Shown piece by piece: positions 33,773 through 43,885 of a DNA stretch of 57,777 nucleotides. How positions within the stretch are numbered: the stretch's first letter is position 1; every line of letters begins with the position of its first letter. A program made the position numbers and the translations under genes. The notes beneath the pieces are model-generated. The model had not been told where the DNA came from and did no database searches. It was given only the letters and a program-made list of their open reading frames with translations. This stretch comes from Gracilinanus agilis (taxonomy: Eukaryota), in contig NC_058133.1 in NCBI RefSeq assembly GCF_016433145.1, forward strand, positions 503,417,669 to 503,475,445. Reading direction: 5' to 3'.

Positions 33773-35734
33773 GTATAAGTCATTCAAGCAACTGTATTTA
33801 TTTGTCTAGCCTAAGAGATGGCACCATGGAGAATACTTGAAGTTATTTTCTAGCTTTCTCACCTAATTGCTGTGCACTCCTCAGAAGCTTTCAGTTTACA
33901 ATACTAGTTTCCCCCCTCTCCCAAGTGCTGCCAGCTTGTGACCCCTAAGACTACCTGGGAGACAAATGAGATAGAGGAGAGACAGAGGTCATTGTATGTG
34001 TTCAGTACAAAAAAGGGCAGCTGACCAGAGCTCAAACATTGCAACAATGAACCAAATTGAGGAAGAGGAAATAAAATGAAATTTACAATGAAAAATGCAA
34101 AAGCACAGGCTTAGGTTCAAGCAATAAAGGGCACAACCTCTGGATGGCGGAGATAGAGCTGGAGTGGTTCATGGGAGTGGGGCTGACTGTTCCACATGGA
34201 TCTCATGACTTGGTGGCTAAAAATGGTGGCTGAGTTCATGGTGAATGCTTCCCCGACCCCAGTGGTGTGGCTATCTGATATAACTCAGACCTATTACCAC
34301 CCCCTTACCCCTCTCATTGCAATTCTGTACCTTGATTTACTATGAAGTCTTTAGTAAGCATCTGCTCTGTTGGAAACTGGGGGATTCAAAGACAAAATAA
34401 AACTGACCCCTGCTTGTCCTCATGGGCCCCAGACCAAAGGCCTCTCTGGAGGATTTCAGAGGCTTCCTTCAGCTCAGCCAAAATTTCTAGATCCTCAGGC
34501 CACACGGATTCTGTCGGTCTATCCTGCTGTGCTCTCATCGTGTGTTCAGCCCACAGCCTTCCCTGCCAGCTCTCTGTTGGTGACCCCAGAAATCCTTGCC
34601 AAGAATCCATGTCGTCCTGTCCAGTCCTTACCCACGAGGCGTTGCTGGTTAGCATACGGCAGGCTGCTGACGCCCACTATCCGCTGACCTTCAGTTCTGA
34701 TTCTCTGAAGATCAAGATGTTCCATGATTCACAGCTAAAGTGAATCACTGGGAAAATACTGATGTTTAAAAGATTAGCTGTGCTGGCGAGGAGCAGCTGA
34801 GAATTACTGAAAGTGCCATATATTTTTCTTCACCTCCCTCTTCCTCCTCCTCCTCCTCCTCCTCCTCAGGTCAGGGGATGCTGGGACTAATGGTTCACTG
34901 ATGGGGCACTTGGCACACCTCATCCATCTATGCCCTCCTGTGTGGATTCCCAGGCTTGGCTCTAGAATCATGCCAGATCTCAGAAGCAGGCCTCCAGGTG
35001 GTGAGCTCGAGACAGCCGGTGACAATATGAGCCCTCTATAAAAAGGACACTTGGGGTCATCTTGCACCTGTCCGGAATCTTCCTCTGGGACTGTGCACAG
35101 GCCGTCCATCCCAGTGTGGCCCACACTTTCTGTGAGCATGCAGCACCTACCTCCGAGGGACCATTCAAGGTCGACAGGGGTGCTTTGAAGGGGACCCCAC
35201 TGAGGGGACACAGGAAGGGTGAGTTTGGGTTCAGCAACCTTCGAGCTCCCATCCAGCTCCAAGATGCTATGAAATGTAGTCAATGGTGATACGAGGACAA
35301 GATTTACAAGTTAAATGGCTGCTTATTTCGAAAGGTCACAGCATTTTCAGAATTTCCTATTTCCATTCTGTGCTTTTCCTCTCTCAGAATTAAGTGTTGG
35401 CACAACCAAAGACTGAAAGTGATGTTTCGAATCAGGCACTGACCACTCTTGGTCACAGAAGGCATCGAGGGGACTCAAGCTTTCTAGCCATCTGTCCAGT
35501 CCAGTTTTATGTACACCCTCTGGGTTTGTTCCAAAGAATCTCATTATGCTTCACTTACATGAGACTATTTTAGAGAATATACTGGAAGACCCTTGCCCTC
35601 AAGAGAGAAACAGTATCAGAAAGTAGGGGAAGGAGGTAGGGAGAGGAGAGAAGAGGAGAGGAGAAGAGGTGGAGGGGATAAGAGAAAGAAGAAAGAAAGA
35701 GAAGAAGGAAGGAAGGAAGGGAGAGGAGAATATG

Positions 35735-36018
35735 NNNNNNNNNNNNNNNNNNNNNNNNNNNNNNNNNNNNNNNNNNNNNNNNNNNNNNNNNNNNNNNNNN
35801 NNNNNNNNNNNNNNNNNNNNNNNNNNNNNNNNNNNNNNNNNNNNNNNNNNNNNNNNNNNNNNNNNNNNNNNNNNNNNNNNNNNNNNNNNNNNNNNNNNNN
35901 NNNNNNNNNNNNNNNNNNNNNNNNNNNNNNNNNNNNNNNNNNNNNNNNNNNNNNNNNNNNNNNNNNNNNNNNNNNNNNNNNNNNNNNNNNNNNNNNNNNN
36001 NNNNNNNNNNNNNNNNNN
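35735..36018. other. Assembly gap (284 N), preceded by a GA-rich repeat (35630-35734)
   Basis: N-run. Confidence 1.
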
Positions 36019-36269
36019 GGAATTAATAAATCTTGAAGACGAGAATTGTCACCTGAGCCAGCAGTGTCGCAATCACAAGTCTGAATTTCTTTAGTGGAAG
36101 ACTTGCCTTTGCCTGTCCCTCAGTACTGGAGGCAACAAAGATCCAGAAGAGGAAATTAATAAATCAATTGGGAGCCTCATTGTCACTAACAAAATGAAAA
36201 CACTGAAAATTTATGGCTTTTCCTAATCCCAAATAACAGCTAAGTCCCTCCCTGGGAAACAGTGGGCCA

Positions 36270-36600
36270 ATGATCACTCGTTAAGCCCCTGCTCTGGGCC
36301 AGGCCTGGTGCTAAGCCCTGGGAATACAAGGAAAGGCAAAAGACAGTCCCTGTCCTCAAGGAGCTCACCTTCTTCTTCTTCTTTTTTAATGCTTTATCTT
36401 CCATTTCAGAACCACTACTGTATATTGGTTCTAAGGCAGAAGAGCAGTAAGGGCTAGGCAATGGGGGTTAAATGACTTGCCCAGGGTCACACAGCTGAGA
36501 AATGTCTGAGGCCAGATTTGAACCCAGGACCTCTGCCCAAGGCCTGGCTCTCCGCCCACTGAGACCCTCAGGTGCCCCCAAGAGCTTACATTCTAGGGAG
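36270..36600 (-). mobile_element. L2 3' end interrupted by an older SINE1-type SINE (36370-36578, minus)
   Basis: gccaggcctggtgctaagccctgggaatacaagg..ctgtcctcaaggagctcac[SINE]agagcttacattctag. TSD-like gagctcaccttct / gagcttacattct. Confidence 0.8.
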
Positions 36601-37697
36601 AGATGCCTTGCAAAACTTGGTGAAAACAGAGAAAATAAAGGCTCAGTGATCAAACCCTTCCTTTTGGTAGCTAAGTCCAGGAAGGATCTGCAAAGGGGTG
36701 TGTGTCTGTCTGTCTGGGGGTCTGTCTGGGTGTGTAGTACGGATTGACCCTCTGCTCAGGAACCCCTACATGGGAGTCAGACACTTCCTGCCAGCTTCAC
36801 AGGCTGCCAGGCCAGGCGGATGACGCAGCTTCCAGGAGACAGATACAACTGCAAGAAAGAAATGGACTTTTCGGGGCCCAAAGAAGCGCTGCGTCCCTGA
36901 GGACAGAAGCCAGAGAGCCTGAGGGGGCCGCTGTGGCCGCACAGGGAACTCTTGGGCCAGCCTCGATCAGAAGATGAAGGGAGGTCGAGGCGGAGGCCAG
37001 GCAAGGCAGAGGACGGGGTGTATCTAGGCAGGGCCGGGCCTCTGAGGCTCGAGCTGAGGCCGAAAGCTCCCAGCGAGCTGTGGGCGAGGACAGACTGACG
37101 ACGTCTCCCGAATTACTTTGGGGGAAAGAGGAGGCGAGGAGAGGGACATGAGGGACAACAAAGCCGGCAGGCCGCCGTGAGCAGCAGGGAGGCGGGGAGG
37201 GCCCAGAACAAGAAGGGCTAAGAGGAAGCTGTGGACGAGGCTCCAGGCCCGGAGGGGGAAGCCCCGTCGCCCCGAGTTCACACCCAGCCTCAGACACGGA
37301 CCAGCCGTGGCTGGCCACAAGAGCACGTGCCGAGCTCTCGGGAAGCCCACCGTGCGGGTGGGAGACGGGCAAAGGGAGACAAGAAGGTCCACGAGCCCGA
37401 GGCCCAGCGAGGGTCCGAGGAACGCCCATCCTGAGCTTCCTAAGGGGGAGGAGAGGGGCCAAGCCCAGCTGCGACTCCTCAGGAGGAAGGGCCAGAAGGG
37501 GCGGCCTCTGCCTGGAGGCACGACCAGGCTGCTGTGAGGGCCTGCGGGGCTCCCCTGGGGCCGGCGTCCATGGGGAGGGCCTTGAATGTTGTGCGAAATA
37601 CCAGCCGGACAAAGCCAGGCAATGAGCAGCCTCTGACACTGGGCTCAGGGAAGGGGAGCTTCCAGGGAGGACGGAGTCCAACCCCAGAGCGGAGGGG

Positions 37698-37894
37698 CCC
37701 GGTCACTCTGGGTGCCCGGTCTCTTTGGGTGCCCAGTCACTCTGGGTGCCCGGTCACTCTGGGTGCTGGGTCTCTTTGGGCGCCCTGTCTCTTTGGGTGC
37801 CCGGTCACTCTGGGTGCCGGGTCTCTTTGGGTGCTGGGTCTCTTTGGGTGCTGGGTCACTCTGGGTGCCGGGTCTCTTTGGGTGCCCGGTCACT
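37698..37894. repeat. 17-bp minisatellite, 11.6 copies, two interspersed variants
   Basis: Units cccggtcactctgggtg and cc/tgggtctctttgggtg. Confidence 0.97.
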
Positions 37895-38907
37895 TGCACA
37901 CTAACTCTGAAGGCCAAGCGCTCAGACGGGGGGATCACTCCTCGGGGAGGTCGGAGGCCTCTTGGTCTTACGGGTTTGTGACTCGAATGGGGCCAGGAAG
38001 CCACAAGGAAGGTGGCTGCCATGTCCCTGGCCTGGAGGATTCACAAGACATTTTCTTCACAAAAATCGCGGTTCAAGCACTGTTTTTGTCCTTTTCGACG
38101 CAAGTAAAGGGAGGCCCGGCAAGGGGAAGAGGCTCGGCCCAGCCCACACCGCCGAGGGGCTGAGGGAGCCTCGGCCCCGCCTCACGGCCTCTCTGGCCAC
38201 GGGCCAGCTTCTCCGCCAACCTGTTTCAAGGTATTTTTCTTTTCATGATGGCAGCAGCCGGAAGTCAGGCTGGCGGGAGCCCAGCAGCCTGGCACGGGGG
38301 CCCTCCGAGGCCCCGACTCGTAGGCTTTGCCCCCGCCCTGGTGCGTGTCAGGCCCCGGATGGGTGCGAGCTCTGCGGGCCGGGACCGCCTCGGCCTCTTT
38401 GTAGCTTGTGGCGCAGCCGTGCTTAATGCCTGTCTTTGCTGCTCTCCTCCTTTCTTCCGACGAGCAGCAGGGGCTGGGCCATGGGGGAAGTGACCGGCCC
38501 AGGGTCACACCGCCAGGGCGTGTCTGAGGCCACAGTGGAAGCCAGGACCTCCGGACTCTGGGCCTGCCGCTCCCTCATGACCCAGCAGACAGAGACGAGG
38601 TCCTGGAGCCCGGAAAAGCCTGGACTCCGGGCAGAGCAGCACAGCCCGGCGGCGTGACCCCCGGCCGGTCACTTCATCTTTCGCAGCTCCAGAGCAAATC
38701 CCGGCCTAGGTGGGTGGCGCAGGGCTTCCTGGCTGGAGGAGACTCACAGGCGTGGAGCCCCCCTGAACCCCAAGAAAGCAGAGCCCCAGGCCCTGGCACA
38801 GGCAGGGTCAAGCAAGCACCAACTTACATAAGAGACATTTACGGAAGGTGAATAAAAGGAGAACCCGTTTCCCACAGACAGCTGGGGCAGGAGCAGACGT
38901 CACTCAC

Positions 38908-38955
38908 CTCTCCTTGGAAACTCTTCAACAAAGGAGCTACCTGCTTGCGTAAATC
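38908..38955 (-). CDS. CUX1: CUX1 coding exon (human exon 3 equivalent), 48 nt, phase 0-0: DLRKQVAPLLKSFQGE
   Basis: Minus strand reads ...cctgactcctcctgcccggctccag|GATTTACGCAAGCAGGTAGCTCCTTTGTTGAAGAGTTTCCAAGGAGAG|gtgagt. The peptide matches the CUX1/CASP N-terminus as I recall it (CUX2 has EIREMVAPVLKSFQAE). Canonical AG/GT sites and a ctgac branch-like motif. Confidence 0.97.
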
Positions 38956-39480
38956 CTGGAGCCGGGCAGGAGGAGTCAGGAGGCGACATGCGGAGAGAGA
39001 GAGAAGAGAGCGTTAGGCGGGCCTCGGTGAGCGAGCCAGGAGCCGGGGGGGGAGGGGGGGCGAGCCAGGAGCCGGGGGGGCTCTGCTGGGCCGGCGTTCG
39101 TGTCTGCTCATGGGCCCGAGCGCCGAGACCCAGAGCCCCCCGGACGGCAGGCCGAGGCCGGCCTCAAGTGCCCGCCAAGAGACTAAGCGGCGGCTCTCTC
39201 CGAGGCGCTCCTCGGGCCGGTGCGGGAGCCCGCATCGGCTCGCCTAACAGGCCTGCCAAACGGGCTCTTCTCGCAGCCCTGAGTGAAGAGCGAGGGGTGT
39301 CCACACAGCGCACAGCGTCTACACGGCTTGCGAGGAAACGTGTTCTAGAGGGGGGGAGACGCCTGGGCTCAGTTCATGGCACCGAGGGCTCGTCACGGTC
39401 TTTTTCTTTAGATTTTAGCGTACCGTAGCAAGTATTTCTCTTAATATCTACTCACTGCTGTGGAAGCCCATTTGTGACTT

Positions 39481-39674
39481 TGTTTTTTAATCCCTCACCT
39501 TGGAGTCAATACTGTGTACTGATTCCAAGGCAGAAGAGTGGTAAGGGTGGGCAATGGGGGTCAAGTGACTTGTCCAGGGTCACCCAGCTGGGAAGTGTCT
39601 GAGGTCGAATTTGAACCCAGGACCTCCCATCTCTAGGCCTGACTTTCCATCCACTGAGCCACCCAGCTGCCTCC
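39481..39674 (-). mobile_element. SINE1_Mdo-type SINE
   Basis: Reverse-complement consensus; tttgtgactt on both sides (TSD). Confidence 0.92.
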
Positions 39675-42154
39675 CCCTTTTGTGACTTCTTAATAATAGT
39701 CTATTGGAAAATGTCCCCCTAAGCATGAGCCCCGGAACGTGGATGTGCTGGCCGGGCCCAAGCCCTTTCTGAGCGTCCACCGCCCGCGAGGCTCGGCCAG
39801 GCCGCTGTGGGCTTGTGGGGACGTGTCGGGGGAGGACGGGGCCATGGCCGGCCGCCCCTCCTCCCATCCCCTCTGGTGTGCGGCGCCGGAAGAGCCCAGC
39901 CAAGTGCAGAGACCAGAACGAAAAGCCATTTAATTTTCTAACGAGAGTCAACAAGGAAAGGGGCTTCCTAACCTCTGAAAAAGCTTAGCCGTCGCCCCCC
40001 CCCCCAAAGGAGTCACTAATATTGGCGAACACGAGTCCAGCTTTGGCCGGATTTCCCCCTTCAGAGGCTCGGCTCCATGGCTGCGCTCTGGTCAGTGAGG
40101 CTCGTCTCGGCAAGTTCTCCTCTCAGTGGTGCTACGGAAGCTTCTGGGGGTCTGAGCCTCCGTTTCCTCATCTGCAAAACGGGGAGGTCCAATCCGGCTT
40201 CCGACACTTCCTAGCGGTGACCCGGCCTGGCCGAGCTGCCCGCCCGGCTCCTCGGCCTGGAGCGCTCCACCATGGGGGTTCCAAGATGGCAGGTGAGAGC
40301 CGCGCAGGCACAGCTGAGGGGCTCCCAGCCAGCAGGGATACCCAGCGAGACTAGAAGGAATGGAACAGGTTTTCCTTAAAGCGAAGCAGACTTTCCCGCC
40401 GGTGGAGTGACGCCGCCACACGGGTGCCACAGAAGATGCGCTTATTTGGATGGTTTTCCAGGAAGCTGGAGGAAGGCATGAAGCGTGGAGAGGCCGGGCC
40501 AGCGTGGATGTCGAAGGGCAGGGCCAAGCCTTGGACAGGTCTCTGCAGGCCGGCCACGGCGTCCGAGACGAGCAGAAACCACAGGGAGGACAAAGGTCAA
40601 GTCTAGAGCAGGCTATGATGGGCCGGGCATGGCCGGACGGCGTGGATCGATGGCGCCGAGGCCTGGCCCGCCGGCTGACAGAGACGTGGCCTCGAGAGGG
40701 TCGGGAATCGCTCTTGGCGCCGCTCTGGAGGCTCGCCAGCACATGGGAAGGTCTCGGGGTTTATCCTGCCGCACAAGCGTGGTGATGCCTAGCCAGGAGG
40801 AGAGATGACTTGGGGGAGGGGATCCTCTCAGGGGCCCGAGGACCGAACCAGGCCCAACGGGCAGAAGCCACAGGATGACGTAAAGCTTCCGGGAAGGTTC
40901 CCACAAGAGGGGATGGCCACTGCTCAGGAGGGGTTGCTCTGGCTTGAGGGGGCACCCCAGTGCAGAGCAGGAACAGGAGGAAAGATGCTACGGAGGAAGA
41001 ACAAGTAGGAAAATCGGAGACCATGCTGGGACCACCAGAAGGGCAGCCGGGACGGTGGGGAGAAGATGGAGCTCGGGCTGGCTGGGAAAGCGAGAGGCCA
41101 CATTCTCTGGCTGGCAGAGGAGGCTGGAGGCAGCCAGAGAAATGGCGGACAAGCAAAAGAGTCTTAAGGCAAAGTCTAGACTCTGGGGCAGTTGCTCCGC
41201 TCCCTCCTGCATTACTTACTGGTTCCAAAAGGTAGTTTGGACCTAACCTAGGCGAGTGTTCCTGATCTGAGGATGCCCCGCCCCTGGGGGCGGCTCCCTG
41301 CATTTGGGACAGGCAGTGGGCGGGAGAAGAGCCAGGATGCCTTGGGGGAAGGGCAAGGGGACTTTTAAGGAGATAACTCAAAGCCGTTCTGAGCACCCCT
41401 GGGTGCCAAGTGTACCCCTAGGTGCTGAATGCCGCCCTAAAAAGGACACACTTTGCAACGTCAATGTCCTCCCAGGAGTCACGAACACTCGTGAAGGATG
41501 CGACGACGGTCAGAGGCTCATCTGAAAAAAGCAAGTGCGAGACGCCGCGACAGGACTGCGATGATGCCCAAAAGCCCCCCAACAGCCAGAAAGACAGAAA
41601 TCTAAGAAAAGAACACGGCTCGCCCAAAGGAAGTCGTTAACAGATCTGGGATGAAATGGAGCGATCGGGGGGGAAGCCGCCCCTGCATGATGGATGGCCT
41701 CCACGTACACACGTGTGCCCACGTACATGTATGTATAGCTACATGGACAGGGAGTCTCTCCTAGCAGGAACTGCTTCTTTTCTGGGTCTGATGGCCGGCG
41801 CAGAAGTGACTCCTAACCAAAGACGGCGGAGCCTCACGCCTACAGCTCGAGGACGACGAGCTCTCTGGAGCCTCCGAAGTGAGGCGCTCTCAGGGGTTTG
41901 AGGGATCCCCCCAGGGGAGGAGCGCCACGTCCGGGGGCTCTGACTCGCAGGCCCCCGAGTGCCCGACCTGAACAGAGACAGCAAGAAAACAGCCCCCGGC
42001 CCTGGAGCCAGAAAAGCAAGGCCTGAGCCGTGCCCACAGGCCCTGCGGAAGATGTGGGCACCGGCGTGGAGGGTATCTGAGCAGCATCCCCCAAAGCCGC
42101 CTGAGCCCTGGGATGCCCGGGAGGCCACGGCCGGCGCTCCCCCAGCAGGGCCCG

Positions 42155-42240
42155 TTTAGTGCCTTCTTTGTATCCCCAACACCGAGCATGGCTCCCGGCA
42201 CACAGGAGGGCTTAATAAGTGTTTGCTGATTGCATGATGG
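42155..42240 (+). mobile_element. L2 3' end
   Basis: ctttgtatccccaacaccgagcatggctcccggcacacaggagggcttaataagtgtttgctgattg. Confidence 0.75.
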
Positions 42241-43687
42241 ACGTGAAAGGCAAATGGAAGACAGAAAAACGTAAAATAGTGAACATCTGCACAAATTCCA
42301 CTTCAAGGCCATCAATGACTCTTCCAAGGTCTTCTTGAAAAGATAAATGGAACTTTTCCCTATTCCATAGCGGGCATACAGACAAGGAAGGGCCTCGGAG
42401 GTGATCTAGTCCAACCCACAGCAAGGCAGGGATTTGAACCCAGGCCCTCCGACTTCAAATAAAAGATATTTTCCACGACACCGATCTGACTTGGAAAGAT
42501 CTAACGGAATTCCCCAACACAAACCTTGAAGAGAGAAGGAAAAGAACAAATAAGTCTCCTGTGAGTTCCTTCTTCAGAGCCGCCGTGACTCGGCCAGTTC
42601 CAATCCGCCGGGCAGGCAGGGCGCCGTCTCCCCCGGACCCCCAGGACGTGGCAGAGTGCTTCTCTGCTCTCCGTCACCCACCACCAAGGGGTCAGACGGG
42701 GGCTTTGAACAGCGGTAAGTCAGCACTTCTGCTGTGTCTCCTCCACATTGTCATGTGGCCCAATTATATTCCTTAAAAATCACTTCTTTTCACCGTTCGA
42801 GTTTCAACCTCAGGAACACAGACACCTCCTTTGGTAAGGAAGGCAGCCCCAAGGCCACTGAGTCCAGCCTCTGATGGGGAAAGTCAAGGATTTGTCTTGT
42901 GGGTTCAAATGGCTCCCAAGATGTCTGAGGTAAGATCTGAACTCAGATCTTCTTGACCCCAAGGCTGCTCCGGTATACCAAAAGATCCTGCTTTGGGGTA
43001 CTGGAATTCCAGAAAGAGAGAAAGTCGGATGGCTGGAGGGTGGGAAGCAGAGACACCCCAGCCTATAAAACGGAGCACAGACCTCAAGTCACCAGCTAAA
43101 AATCACTCCTGCTAAATTTATTTTTGGCAGCCTGAGAAATTCCTCATCGCACACTGGCCGCAAGTATTATCTGCACGTCAGACAGAATTCTGCCCTCCCT
43201 GTATGAAAACAAGGAGACAGAAATACAGATGCTCCCTCCTGACCCAGGGGAGCTCTCGTGTCACTTAGCAAGGACACGCTATGATTTATTGTCCCTTAAA
43301 ATGGAATGCCCTTTGCCGTCTGGCCGGGGAACCGGGCCCAAGAACCAGCCACTCACGAGCCCTCGCCAAGGCATTTTCCCGAAATTTCAAACAAAGGGGA
43401 CGGAAGGGGAGGGCCCGACTGGACACAACTCTGGATAGACAAAAGATTTTGTTTTTAAATGCTAGTTTGTGGAGACACGGAAAGGCCCCCCAAGACCAAC
43501 GCAACCAGGCAGAGCCCCTGTTCATGGACCGCTTAGCCCAAAGTGCCCTCCTGTTCCCCAAAGGGCTGCAATACAGACGCATGGAGGGGTGACCCATAGC
43601 CAATGGGTCTCAGTAGTGCCGAGAATCAATACTCGATTCTGTCCTAGCTTGGCATGGGGCGGGACGTGGGGTTGATTAACATTTATA

Positions 43688-43885
43688 TCTTCTTCTTCTT
43701 TTTTTTTTTTTAAACCCTTAACTTCTGTGTATTGGCTCATAGGTGGAAGAGTGATAAGGGTAGGCCATGGGGGTCAAGTGACTTGCCCAGGGTCACACAG
43801 CTGGGAAGTGTTTGAGGCCAGATTTGAACCCAGGACCTCCCGTCTCTAGGCCTGACTCTCCATCTACTGAGCTACCCAGCTGCCC
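43688..43885 (-). mobile_element. SINE1_Mdo-type SINE with perfect 15-bp TSD
   Basis: TSD tgattaacatttata at 43673-43687 and 43886-43900. Confidence 0.95.

Larger units (their letters stand above)
15808..38907 (-). other. CUX1: CUX1 intron 3 (23.1 kb, GT-AG)
   Basis: Bounded by the exon 3 donor (gtgagt) and the exon 4 acceptor (tttag). Confidence 0.92.

Noticed and set aside
15729-38955. Assignment to CUX2 instead of CUX1
   Set aside because: The peptides DLRKQVAPLLKSFQGE and [26 protein letters not shown] match CUX1 as recalled; CUX2 reads EIREMVAPVLKSFQAE / [26 protein letters not shown].
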